Notes: generated from the sequence alone by a model not told the origin. A stretch of 35,580 nucleotides of DNA from Synechococcus sp. (GCA_051439425.1 JBFRWD010000031.1:1-35580); one strand, 5' to 3'. Counted from the stretch's first letter, positions 18,743-28,582 are shown. Translations and numbers: made by a program.

Positions 18743-19471
18743 TCATACGGGCTTCTGTAGAACCAATACCCCCATCAAACCACCTGCTATATCGAAATAC
18801 TTCGGGTTGGGAAACCCTTCTGCAACAGCCAACTGTTTTTGCTCCGAGCTGGTAGGAAACGCAAGCAAGCTAGCTTGGATATATTCGTATTCCTGCTTGA
18901 GGCCCAACGCGGATGCAGCAGGCACCACAATTCGCTCTAAATACACCTCTTGAAAGCGCTCTGCCAGCGAAGGGGTCGCACCGTTCTCCAAATGCTGAAA
19001 ATCCAAAATGGCAGCCTTTGCCCCAGGCTTCAGCACCCGCCACATTTCTCGCAATGCTTGAGGAATATCCACGACATTTCGCAAGCCATACCCCATCGTC
19101 ACCGCATCAAAGCGATCGTCATCAAAAGGCAACTGCAAAGCATCACCACACAGCCAAGACGTTGACTGCTCTCGTACCGCAAGCTTTGCTTTGTGCCGAG
19201 CAATCGCCAATAAGTTTTCTGAAATATCGACACCCGTGACGTGACCGCTGCGACCCACAGCACTGGCCATTAGCAATCCCAAATCTCCCGAACCGCAACA
19301 GATATCTAGAGCTTCATTTCCCAGCTCAGGTTCCGTCCATTTCACCGCCATCGACTTCCAGACTCGATGCAAACCCAGGCTTAGCAGGGTATTGAGACGG
19401 TCGTATTCCGGAGCAATCCGATCGAACAGATCGCGAACGCGATCGCTAGAATCATACGAGGGGCTAGGCAT
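18743..19471 (-). CDS. menG: UbiE/MenG-family demethylphylloquinol/demethylmenaquinol methyltransferase
   Basis: LFDRIAPEYDRLN.LLSLGLH..WK, SAM motif LDICCGSGD, DALQLPF, MGYGLRNV and RVLKPG. Confidence 0.9.
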   Translation of the reverse strand: MPSPSYDSSDRVRDLFDRIAPEYDRLNTLLSLGLHRVWKSMAVKWTEPELGNEALDICCGSGDLGLLMASAVGRSGHVTGVDISENLLAIARHKAKLAVREQSTSWLCGDALQLPFDDDRFDAVTMGYGLRNVVDIPQALREMWRVLKPGAKAAILDFQHLENGATPSLAERFQEVYLERIVVPAASALGLKQEYEYIQASLLAFPTSSEQKQLAVAEGFPNPKYFDIAGGLMGVLVLQKPV

Positions 19472-19517
19472 GGAATCGCTCGCTCACAAGGCGCTTCAAT
19501 TACATCACCGCACTTAG

Positions 19518-20729
19518 TTAGCGATTGGCGGCACGATAAATCAGACTAGCACCCACTGCCCCCACTAACAGATTGGGTAACCAGGCGGCGATCGCAGGGC
19601 TGAGAGTTCCCGTCTGCCCGAGGGCCTGACTCACGAATGCCATTAAGTAAAAGCCGAAGATGATCAGAATACTCAATCCAAGCCCCAAAGTAGAGCTAGA
19701 GCGCTGCGATCGCAGTCCCAATGGCGCACCCACTAATGCAAACGCTAGGCAAATAAAGGGGATCGCATATTTGAGCTGAAGTTGAACCTGCAATTGACGC
19801 AGCCTGCGTGGAGTTCCGCTAATCGCTTCCACCCGAATAAATTGCTGCAATTCAGAGATAGTCATCTCCTCAGCGCTAGGAGAGAAACCAATATCAAGAG
19901 GGGTGCGGGGTAGCAAAACTCGCTGCCGCTCAAAATTGAGAATATTCCGATAGCCTCCATCCGCATCCACAATGTAGGACGTTCCTTTGGAAAACAGCCA
20001 CGAGTTCACTTCTGGCTGCCAAACCCCTTGTTCCGCCAGAATGATCTGGTTGAAATCGTCTTGAGAGAAATCTAGAACGGTAATGCCAAACATGGTCTTG
20101 CCATCAAACCGACGCGCGTAAAACAGCCGTTGCAACACCGATTCGGTATCGATACTGCCATCCGGTTGCGGGACCGAAATATCGCCATACTCCTGATAAA
20201 GAATGTCCTCATTGGCTTGCGGTTGCAATTCTTGCTGCTGCAAAGCAGACCGCAAAATAGCTGCTGCTTGTTGATTAGCCTGCGGAACTACCAGCTCATT
20301 AAAAGCAAAGGTTCCGGCTGTGACAATCAGGCTCAATAAAATGGCCGGAGACACCAGCTTGTAAATACTGACTCCGCAACTGCGCAATGCCGTAATCTCG
20401 CTATCGCCCGACAAACGGCCGTACGCCAGCAACGTGGCCAACAATGTGGACATCGGGAATGTCAGCACAATGATGCGGGGAGCCTGCAAAAAGTAGAGTT
20501 GGGCCGCCGTAGCGATCGGCAACCCCTTCTCCGCCATTAATCGAACCAGCTCGAATAGCGAACCAATCGCTGTCCCAATCGAAGTAAACGCTACCACCCC
20601 AAACAGAAAGGGCAGGATCATCTCCGATAGAAAATACCGATACAGCAGAGCGTAACGATTGGTGAGGGGAACGTAGGGCTCAGGAGAGGAAGAAGGCAGA
20701 GAGGCTGGTGTGGAATCTGAAGGGGTCAC
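19518..20729 (-). CDS. LptF/LptG (YjgP/YjgQ) family LPS export permease
   Basis: RY...EMILPFLFG, PMSTLLATLLAYGRLSGDSEITALRSCG, KYAIPFICL.FALVGAPLG and AAWLPN. The GTG start overlaps the lptB TGA (GTGA). Confidence 0.92.
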   Translation of the reverse strand: MTPSDSTPASLPSSSPEPYVPLTNRYALLYRYFLSEMILPFLFGVVAFTSIGTAIGSLFELVRLMAEKGLPIATAAQLYFLQAPRIIVLTFPMSTLLATLLAYGRLSGDSEITALRSCGVSIYKLVSPAILLSLIVTAGTFAFNELVVPQANQQAAAILRSALQQQELQPQANEDILYQEYGDISVPQPDGSIDTESVLQRLFYARRFDGKTMFGITVLDFSQDDFNQIILAEQGVWQPEVNSWLFSKGTSYIVDADGGYRNILNFERQRVLLPRTPLDIGFSPSAEEMTISELQQFIRVEAISGTPRRLRQLQVQLQLKYAIPFICLAFALVGAPLGLRSQRSSSTLGLGLSILIIFGFYLMAFVSQALGQTGTLSPAIAAWLPNLLVGAVGASLIYRAANR

Positions 20730-21454
20730 AGTCGAAATTTCTCTCCTAAGTAATACTTGCGCACCAATGGATCGACAGATAGGTGCTGAGCAGTTCCCTT
20801 CGAAATAATTCCCCCATCATTCATGATGTAAGCGCGGTCGGTAATTGCCAACGTTTCCCGCACGTTGTGGTCTGTCACCAGCACACCGATCCCCCGATCT
20901 TTAAGATGAATAACCGTTTGCTGAATATCGCTAATGGCGATCGGGTCGATTCCCGCAAAGGGTTCATCCAGTAGTAAAAATTTAGGCCCCACTGTACCGG
21001 CCACTAAAGCACGTGCCATTTCTGCTCGGCGCCGTTCCCCACCCGACACTTGAATTCCCAAAGTATGAGCAACATGGGTAATCCGAAATTCTTCCAGAAG
21101 TTGGGTCAAACGCTGCTTCCACTCCCGCCGCGGCACCCCAGTCTGTTCCATCACCAGCAACAGGTTGTCTTGAATGCTCAACCGGCGAAAAATACTGGCC
21201 TCTTGCGCTAAATACCCGATACCAAGCTTGGCGCGACGGTGAATAGGCAGCATCGTAATATCGTCATCGCCCAGACAGACATGCCCTTTTGAGGGCTGCT
21301 CTAGCCCTGTAGCAATATAAAAAGTTGTTGTCTTACCCGCACCATTCGGTCCCAGCAATCCCACAATTTCCCCCGGCTCCACCGCCAAAGAGACCCCTTT
21401 GACGACTTCACGACGGTCGTAGCGTTTACTCACATTATCAAGAACAAGCTTCAT
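20726..21454 (-). CDS. lptB: LPS export ABC transporter ATP-binding protein
   Basis: Walker A GPNGAGKTT, YLAQEASIFR, signature VSGGERRR.E.AR, Walker B LLDEPFAGIDP, TDHNVRET and C-terminal YLGEKF. ATG at 21454. Confidence 0.95.
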   Translation of the reverse strand: MKLVLDNVSKRYDRREVVKGVSLAVEPGEIVGLLGPNGAGKTTTFYIATGLEQPSKGHVCLGDDDITMLPIHRRAKLGIGYLAQEASIFRRLSIQDNLLLVMEQTGVPRREWKQRLTQLLEEFRITHVAHTLGIQVSGGERRRAEMARALVAGTVGPKFLLLDEPFAGIDPIAISDIQQTVIHLKDRGIGVLVTDHNVRETLAITDRAYIMNDGGIISKGTAQHLSVDPLVRKYYLGEKFRL

Positions 21455-21559
21455 TCGGTTCGGAGCAAGTGGATAGAGAACAAGGAGATAGAAGGCAGAG
21501 GTAGCACTCATACTAGGCTCAGCTAGGCAAGCACGAATGCAGTCAGCAGATACAGTGCA

Positions 21560-22018
21560 TCAAGGAGTCGCATCCACCTCCACATTGGTCTGCTCTGCCG
21601 GATCCCCATCTCCACCCACAGGCGCTTCCTCCGGAGGAAAGACGTAGACAGACTCTACCTGACCGCCAGAACTGGGCAGAGCTTCAATCGTATTCTTCTC
21701 TAATAAGTAGGTCACCGTTTCGGCTTGTAAACGATTGTCCCCTTGAACCACATCCACATTGCCTTCCATCACAATGCGCTGCTCGCGAGTGTAATAGGTA
21801 GCCTTCTGCGATTGACCGACCACCTGCTCTGCTGGATAACGAATCGTGACGTTTCCCTCGGCAACAATCACCCCGGTGTTCGTATTGGCAGATTGGGAAT
21901 CGGCAACTACGGTCAGAGCACGCTCCGATTGAGCCATCGCCAGTTGTGGGGCAAACATTGCGAGAGCGATACCGCCAAGAACTAACCCACAACAACGAAG
22001 GGAACGAAATGACAACAT
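21560..22018 (-). CDS. lptA: LptA/OstA family periplasmic LPS transport protein
   Basis: Signal peptide, beta-jellyroll repeats (AEGNVTI, MEGNVDVVQGDNRLQAE) and position directly upstream of lptB. Confidence 0.85.
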   Translation of the reverse strand: MLSFRSLRCCGLVLGGIALAMFAPQLAMAQSERALTVVADSQSANTNTGVIVAEGNVTIRYPAEQVVGQSQKATYYTREQRIVMEGNVDVVQGDNRLQAETVTYLLEKNTIEALPSSGGQVESVYVFPPEEAPVGGDGDPAEQTNVEVDATP

Positions 22019-22499
22019 AATAATGTCAGAGGCTCGGCAAGAGTGGACTATGGTTACTGTATCTGTTTTTTACAGGCAAACACTGCGTGGGTTCGCTATC
22101 CTAAAAGGTCAAAAACCGCGACATTTCAGCGCGTGGCAATGGCCAGTAACAGTGAGGTCGACTGACCGGACGCTCGCCTCTGCGCTCCAAAAACATCGGC
22201 AAAATTGCTCGCCACAATAGCCGTTTAAAACTTATAGACCGAAAGCGATTGCATCTCCTGCACCCATATCAAGCATCACACCGCCAACATCACACAAGTA
22301 ATATGCCCGCATTGCAACCTTACATGACGATGTTGGCACATCAGCTCCACACAACTCACCAGATCGCGCACACAAGTATTGTCGCCCTCCGCACGACCGT
22401 CATTTGGCCACTAGTGCAACGCAGCACCACTTGACGCCCGTTGCATGACAACTGTAAAGATTCATATAGATCCTTACTCCTACTTTCGTACACACTCTC

Positions 22500-22889
22500 G
22501 TGACAACCGATCTCACCTGTTTACTCATCCTGGCTCTGTGGTCAGTACCGTTAAATCACACGCCCGCCATCCCCCGCGCGTTATCGGCAGGAGTTGGTTG
22601 GGCACTCGGAAATCGCGATACATCCCCCCAGATAGCGCCGTGGGTCGAACGAGCCGATCGCGCTCAGCGGAATCACCACGACAATTTGGCTGCGATCGCA
22701 ATCATCATTGGAGTTACACAACTGACGGGAGAAGCTAACGAAATTACAGCCATGGCATCAATCGCGATCGTCGTAGCCCGTATAATGCACAGCCTGACCT
22801 ACATAGCAGGGATCGGGGTGCTACGCTCTTTGAGCTATTGTGTTTCCCTGCTGGGTATGGGAGTCATCTTATGGCAGCTCTCCACGTAG
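22500..22889 (+). CDS. MAPEG family membrane protein
   Basis: GNRD....PWVERADRAQRNHHDNL and ARIMHSLTYIAGI..LRSL, with four hydrophobic segments. GTG start. Confidence 0.85.
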   Translation: MTTDLTCLLILALWSVPLNHTPAIPRALSAGVGWALGNRDTSPQIAPWVERADRAQRNHHDNLAAIAIIIGVTQLTGEANEITAMASIAIVVARIMHSLTYIAGIGVLRSLSYCVSLLGMGVILWQLST

Positions 22890-23114
22890 AGTGGCGTTCA
22901 TCTCTATCACCCCCTCTTCAACCCAAACAGGCTAATCAATTTGCAATGGCCAATAGTACGACCCAAGCGTCCCAGGGACAAACGGCAAACTTCAATGAAC
23001 GCAGTACTTCATGGAGAATCTTATAGAGGTTCAACAAGGTTTCACATTTTCTTTCGGTATTTCCCCCGAGGTCGCGGGCAAGTTAATTACCGATATTAAA
23101 CCTAGCCCTCAACC

Positions 23115-23300
23115 ATGCAAGAAACCATCTCAGAAGTATTTAGTCGTGGGGAAATCGACTTTGACACAGAGCAACGGTTAGAGGCTCACATCGCGAAACA
23201 GCAGCTCACGGTCAAGGACTTAGAAGCACTAGATCTATTATTGTTAGCCCTCTTTAATCGAGCGATCGTTTGGCGATATGGAGAAACAGACAGAAAATAG
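23115..23300 (+). CDS. Small helical hypothetical protein (61 aa), cyanobacterial type
   Basis: MQETISEVFSRGEIDFDTEQRL...DLEALDLLLLAL...I. Amphipathic helices; from memory it resembles a recurring cyanobacterial small-protein pattern. Confidence 0.65.
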   Translation: MQETISEVFSRGEIDFDTEQRLEAHIAKQQLTVKDLEALDLLLLALFNRAIVWRYGETDRK

Positions 23301-24175
23301 CTCGAAAACACCAACAAAGCAGATGCCTAGGGCCAGTGGTCTTTCGAGGCACTATCCGAGCACAACACAAGGACGTCACGCGTTTCAGCACATCTGAGGT
23401 AGACGTAGGCTGCTAGACTTCATAGAAGTTTCGCGAACTAGTAGCCGAGTAGAGTCTAGTGGATTCATCTCGAATCACAACACATCAAGCTAACAAGGGT
23501 AATAGTGTCCGGTTCGAGCGGCGGACAGTAGAATCAATCCTACGGACAGAAAAACAGGTGTACAATTTAACAAGAAGGAGATTTGTGGTGAACCAGGTTT
23601 TCATGCCTCCAGTGCTGGGCATTCCGATCCGAATCCAATTGGCAAGGGTAAACTGAGTTCTAGTGCGATAGCGCGAGTCACCACTAGCAATTACAGATAG
23701 AAGTATCGTCGCTTCTCTGGCTATTTTCGCAATCGCTACTTCTATAGCATCTGAGTCCAAGACACTCTCTCATCACTGTGATATCTACAGATCCCCTACG
23801 GAAAACCGATGAATCTCCACAAAATAGCCATTCCTAAATTGGCATGGTGGCTCGGAACAGCGCAAGCTGTAAACTGGTCGAATAAATCTTTCTTCAACAC
23901 ACAGACAGACGTAGCACTATCCCCCTTTATAAAGAGTTAGAGCTATTGCAATTCAGGCTGTTTTCCACTCGGGTATTGATCGTCAATATTGAGTAGGGAG
24001 AGATGAATTAGTGCGACATCAGTAGAGCTAGGGTTACTTAATTGAATCTGAGATTGAGTTTACCTGGCGCATGCGATTCTGCAGTTTTAGCCTTTAAGTC
24101 TAGACAGTAGACAGAGCTGTAAACCTTCGTGAGCGTGTGTAACTCGCTCGAGTCAACAATGTCAAGGAGTTAGCG

Positions 24176-25492
24176 ATGAGAGTCAGCATCTTTGGGCTGG
24201 GATATGTAGGTGCAGTCTCGGCAGGTTGCATTGCTGATAATGGGCATACTGTGATTGGTGTAGATCCATTTCAAACAAAAGTCGATCTAATCAATCAGGG
24301 AATATCTCCAATCATCGAAGATGAAATTGGAGATATCATCGCAAGGACAGTGAAGAAAGAGAGTTTAAGAGCAACGACTTCCGCGAAAGAAGCCGTCATG
24401 AATAGTGACATTTCGCTTATTTGCGTAGGCACCCCAAGCCAGTTAAATGGCAGCTTAGATCTAAAATACGTTCGCAGAGTATGCGAAGACATCGGCGAAA
24501 TATTACGATTTAAATCTGATTTTCATGTTGTGGTTTGTCGCTCAACAATACTTCCAGGATCCATGCAAAGTGTTGTCATTCCAACATTAGAGATGGCATC
24601 GGAAAAGAAAGTAGGGATCGATTTCGGAGTCTGCAACAATCCGGAGTTTTTACGCGAATCTACAGCAGTCTACGACTTCTATAATCCACCAAAAACAGTG
24701 GTTGGAGAAACAGATGAGCGCAGTGGCGATATGCTAATGAAGCTCTACGATGGCTTACCAGGACCGAAGATTCGCACGACTGTAGAAACAGCAGAGATGG
24801 TGAAGTACACAGACAATGTTTGGCATGCAGTGAAGGTCTCCTTTACAAACGAAATCGGATCCATATGCAAGTCTCTTGAGATAGATTCTCACGAGGTAAT
24901 GGATATTTTCAAACAAGATACCAAGTTGAACATCTCTAGCTATTACATGCGACCTGGGTTCTCATTTGGAGGCTCGTGTTTACCCAAAGACGTCAGAGCA
25001 TTAACCTATAAGGGACGCAGTCAAGATCTGACGCTTCCGCTTCTGAATTCAATTCTAGAGTCCAACAATAATCATACTGAGCGAGGCATCAACTTAATCA
25101 AGAATGCTGGCAGCAAGAAGGTCGGCATCCTAGGGTTTAGTTTTAAGTCTGGAACAGATGATTTACGAGAAAGTCCTCTGGTTGATGTTATCGAGCATCT
25201 AATAGGAAAAGGATTTGATTTAAAACTCTATGACAAAAATGTGAATCTTGCCAAGCTTGTGGGAGCAAACAAAGACTTTATCCTCAACACAATCCCTCAT
25301 ATCTCCAGCCTAATGGTGAACACAATTGAAGAAATAGTGAACCATGCAGATGTTATTGTGATCGGGAATGGATCTGAAGAGTTCAAAAACATACTGAACT
25401 TGAAGCGCAGCTATCAAACCATCATAGATTTGGTTCGAATCTGCGAAAACAGGACAGATAAAGAGATTGGCTATGGTGGCATCTGCTGGTAA
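24176..25492 (+). CDS. algD: Nucleotide-sugar dehydrogenase, GDP-mannose 6-dehydrogenase (AlgD) type
   Basis: MRVSIFGLGYVGAV, CVGTPS, NPEFLRESTA, NVWHA.K, YYMRPGFSFGGSCLPKDVRALTY, SFKSGTDDLRESPLV, IPHISSL and C-terminal GICW, collinear with Pseudomonas AlgD as recalled. SD AAGGAG at 24164-24169. Confidence 0.85.
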   Translation: MRVSIFGLGYVGAVSAGCIADNGHTVIGVDPFQTKVDLINQGISPIIEDEIGDIIARTVKKESLRATTSAKEAVMNSDISLICVGTPSQLNGSLDLKYVRRVCEDIGEILRFKSDFHVVVCRSTILPGSMQSVVIPTLEMASEKKVGIDFGVCNNPEFLRESTAVYDFYNPPKTVVGETDERSGDMLMKLYDGLPGPKIRTTVETAEMVKYTDNVWHAVKVSFTNEIGSICKSLEIDSHEVMDIFKQDTKLNISSYYMRPGFSFGGSCLPKDVRALTYKGRSQDLTLPLLNSILESNNNHTERGINLIKNAGSKKVGILGFSFKSGTDDLRESPLVDVIEHLIGKGFDLKLYDKNVNLAKLVGANKDFILNTIPHISSLMVNTIEEIVNHADVIVIGNGSEEFKNILNLKRSYQTIIDLVRICENRTDKEIGYGGICW

Positions 25493-26675
25493 ACCCTATA
25501 GAGTTTTGGTTATTGTTGAGAACTTACCCGTACCCTTCGACAGAAGGGTATGGCAAGAATGCAATGCACTGAAAGATGCCGGATACGAAGTCAATGTCAT
25601 ATGTCCAACAGGCCAAGACTATGAAAGCAAGTATGAAATCATTAACGGCATCCATATTTTTCGACATGAATTAAGTTTTGAAGCTAAAGGTTCGTTGGGC
25701 TACTTCCTAGAATATAGTCTCGCTTTGTTTTGGGAGTTTGTACTGGCATGGAAGATTTTCTTTACGCGTGGATTCGACTGTATTCATGCATGTAACCCAC
25801 CGGATACAATCTTCCTCATTGGAGCAGTCTTCAAACTGCTTGGGAAAAAGTTTCTATTCGACCATCATGACATTAATCCGGAACTCTACATTGCAAAGTT
25901 CGGCAGAAAGGATATTTTTTATAAGTGCCTGCTGATATTTGAGAAACTAACATTCAAGTTGGCGACTGTTTCTATTGCTACCAACTACTCGTATAGAAAG
26001 ATTGCAATAGAGCGAGGCGGAATGTCAGAGGATAGGGTGTTTGTCGTTCGCAGCGGCCCAAAATTAGATCGACTTCAGATTTTAGAGCCGATTCCAGAAC
26101 TAAAGCGTGGTCGGAATTTTATGATTGGTTACGTGGGTGTTATTGGTCAGCAAGAGGGCATCCAGTATTTGTTAAAGATGATGCAGTACATTGTCTTTGA
26201 AAAAAAGCGCCACGATATTCATTGCACAGTAGTTGGTGGAGGTCCGGCTCTCGATGATATGAAGCAGATGGCTTTGACCCTTGGAATATCAGATTACGTG
26301 ACCTTTACCGGCCGTGCGCCCGATCGCCTCCTTTTGGAAGTACTAAACACTGCCGATGTCTGCGTCAATCCGGACGAAGGTAATGAGATGAACGATAAAT
26401 CTACCATGAATAAGATTATGGAATACATGGCTTTAGGAAAACCAATTGTTCAATTTGACTTAACTGAAGGTCGTTTTTCTGCACAAGAAGCTTCTTTATA
26501 TTGCCGCTGGAACGATCCAATCGATCTAGCTGATAAAGTTCTCGATCTACTGGAATCTCCTAGTAAACGTCAGAGAATGGGAGAATTTGGCCGAAAACGC
26601 GTTGAGCAAGAATTAGAGTGGTCAAATGAGATACCCAAGCTACTGAAGGCGTATGAAACCCTCAAGAGAGATTGA
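25473..26675 (+). CDS. Glycosyltransferase family 4 (GT-B)
   Basis: IVENLPVPFDRRVWQE, HACNPPD, FDHHD, YVGVIGQQEG and MNKIMEYMALGKPIV. ATG at 25473 overlaps the end of the dehydrogenase gene by 20 nt. Confidence 0.92.
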   Translation: MVASAGKPYRVLVIVENLPVPFDRRVWQECNALKDAGYEVNVICPTGQDYESKYEIINGIHIFRHELSFEAKGSLGYFLEYSLALFWEFVLAWKIFFTRGFDCIHACNPPDTIFLIGAVFKLLGKKFLFDHHDINPELYIAKFGRKDIFYKCLLIFEKLTFKLATVSIATNYSYRKIAIERGGMSEDRVFVVRSGPKLDRLQILEPIPELKRGRNFMIGYVGVIGQQEGIQYLLKMMQYIVFEKKRHDIHCTVVGGGPALDDMKQMALTLGISDYVTFTGRAPDRLLLEVLNTADVCVNPDEGNEMNDKSTMNKIMEYMALGKPIVQFDLTEGRFSAQEASLYCRWNDPIDLADKVLDLLESPSKRQRMGEFGRKRVEQELEWSNEIPKLLKAYETLKRD

Positions 26676-26976
26676 TAGCCTGATAGGGGTTCACCTCCGA
26701 TATTGTGCCCCCCATCAATCTCTGGATATAGCTAGAACAAAAAAATTAATCATTAGTTAGCATCAAAACAAAGCTAGGTGAATCGCAAAAAATCATGACG
26801 TTTGCCTGGAGTTTTGACTGTATACATAGTGGTTCAGCTCAGCGCGGACACCGAGTATGAAAACAAACAACTCAAAAGTTAACAGATCAACTTCGGCCAA
26901 CCTGTCATTGAGCATCGCAGATATGGCTTGTTTAGACAGAAATCCGATTCTCAGACCAACCTCATTTAGGTAAATC

Positions 26977-27990
26977 CTAAGCAGGTTTGATAAATGATCG
27001 GACGAAAATATTTTGAATCCGCTTTCTCACATCGCGGGATGCAACCGCTGTGCCGACGTAATACTGAACAACTTTGAGAGAAATTGCACTCAGATAGCCA
27101 ATATCTCGCAGTCGGAATTTACTCGATGAGGGTTCGTAGCCTAGTTGACGCATTTCTTTGGCTGCAATTGATTCACATAGCCAAATTTCAGACTCACAAA
27201 GCGGCTTTTTCGATCGGCTCATCTTAAACGAGGAATTGTTGCCAAATTGTGAAAGGTCTACGTGCGGAATCTCAATATTGCAGAAACTCGCAATCTCCTG
27301 CAATGTTGGATTGGTTCGCTCAATGACGTCTTCATAGCGAACTAACAAAACCGACTGCTCCTTCTGCCTTGCCTGGAAAAAAACGCGTGCCGCTGTTCGC
27401 CAAGCTAGGGTTTGAATAATGGGGTGGTAGCGCGCCGGGGTATGGTACCCGTTATCGATCACGTTCTTGTAAGACTTAAGCATCTGTCGAGGATCGCGCA
27501 GGAGAAAGACTAATTTGGCATTAGGATATGCCCCGAACAGGGTATCGATATGCAGGTAATCTTGAGGAGTGTTGTAGCCCCAATATGACTTTCCCATCAT
27601 CTCACCAGCCTTGCACATGATGAGACTAAGGATTTCATTCCAAGAGCTACCGTGCTCTGCAGCTACAGATAACGCATAGTTCTCGAGCTCCGCTTCCTGA
27701 TCGGGTGAAATGCAGAGGGCATCTTCAATTTCAGGGGAATCCTCTTTTTCTATCCTGCACCTGATTCTGCTCATAGTATTAGATGCGAAACACTTCGCTT
27801 GAGATGCATCTAAGTCGGACTTCAATACCCCTAACCCTTCCGCCCTCTGCAGGAGGTAGAAGTCGTTAACAATAAACAACTCCGGGCTCTCATTCAACAA
27901 GCGAGAAAGAATAGTCGATCCACTTCTTGGCATACCAACCAGAATGACTGGTTGGCTCGCCTCTGAAACAGGATTCGTTGTGGATTCCAT
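26977..27990 (-). CDS. PAPS-dependent sulfotransferase family protein
   Basis: 5'-PSB loop ILVGMPRSGST, 3'-PB motif LLRDPRQMLKS, VRYED and C-terminal MRQLGY. ATG at 27990. Confidence 0.88.
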   Translation of the reverse strand: MESTTNPVSEASQPVILVGMPRSGSTILSRLLNESPELFIVNDFYLLQRAEGLGVLKSDLDASQAKCFASNTMSRIRCRIEKEDSPEIEDALCISPDQEAELENYALSVAAEHGSSWNEILSLIMCKAGEMMGKSYWGYNTPQDYLHIDTLFGAYPNAKLVFLLRDPRQMLKSYKNVIDNGYHTPARYHPIIQTLAWRTAARVFFQARQKEQSVLLVRYEDVIERTNPTLQEIASFCNIEIPHVDLSQFGNNSSFKMSRSKKPLCESEIWLCESIAAKEMRQLGYEPSSSKFRLRDIGYLSAISLKVVQYYVGTAVASRDVRKRIQNIFVRSFIKPA

Positions 27991-28314
27991 ATCACATTTT
28001 CCCAATCAGCTGGATAGCTAGCTACATATTAAACAAGTGCATCGTACAAATGAACCTATTCCTCCAAGGTCTTCGCTAATGCACATTAGATCTTGAAAAG
28101 TATTGCACGGTAGACAAACGAAGAGACTAGAGATTTAAGGGATGGCTGAGCCTATTGTTGGAATACAGAAGATAACGGTTTACAGAGCTTGGTGTACTCG
28201 TGACAGCCACTTTACAGGTGTATCCACAAAGCAGTAGCCCCTCGGTAAGTTGCTGTCTGGTGGATTATTGTTTGAGATTGATGCGAGAAACTGCACAATC
28301 ATTTCTTACAGCCA

Positions 28315-28327
28315 TGTATAACATACA
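28315..28327. promoter_or_regulatory. Palindrome, possible GntR-family operator
   Basis: TGTAT-AAC-ATACA in the divergent region between the sulfotransferase and the ABC module. TGTATAAC recurs at 28575, just before the permease ATG. Confidence 0.3.
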
Positions 28328-28582
28328 CTCTCGTAGCAACTTCGCCCTAAACCAGATGTTGACTTTCAATGTCTGGCGAGTTGGTAGTCTGCCAAAGCAA
28401 CATCGCTCGCATTCAGCGCAGACAGAGAAATCAACAGCAATACAGCAGCATGGCTCGGTGTCAACTAGGGTCACCATCCGACAAATAAACTCAATATCCT
28501 CGGATAAGAAGGCTGATTGCCCATAAGGTGGATACGATCGAAGCTATAAGTTGAAGAGTCTCCAACACTCTGCTGTATAACT

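Noticed and set aside
22058..22074. TGTA-N9-TACA upstream of lptA as an NtcA site
   Set aside because: The spacer is 9 nt rather than 8.
22249..22434. His/Gln-rich 61-aa ORF with a repeated CACACAAGTA
   Set aside because: TTG start, no SD; the composition follows from local CA-richness, and two 10-mers do not make an array.
23459..23760. Overlapping 65-aa (+) and 91-aa (-) ORFs
   Set aside because: Non-ATG starts and no recognisable motifs.
24176..26675. Alginate biosynthesis operon
   Set aside because: Only an AlgD-like gene is present. There is no alg8, alg44, algK/E/G/X/L, and the neighbouring transferase is GT4, not GT2.
28200..28526. 108-aa (+) ORF and Cys-rich 70-aa (-) ORF as metallothionein or RiPP precursor
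   Set aside because: No SmtA-like Cys/His pattern, no maturation genes, and the region is a divergent promoter region.
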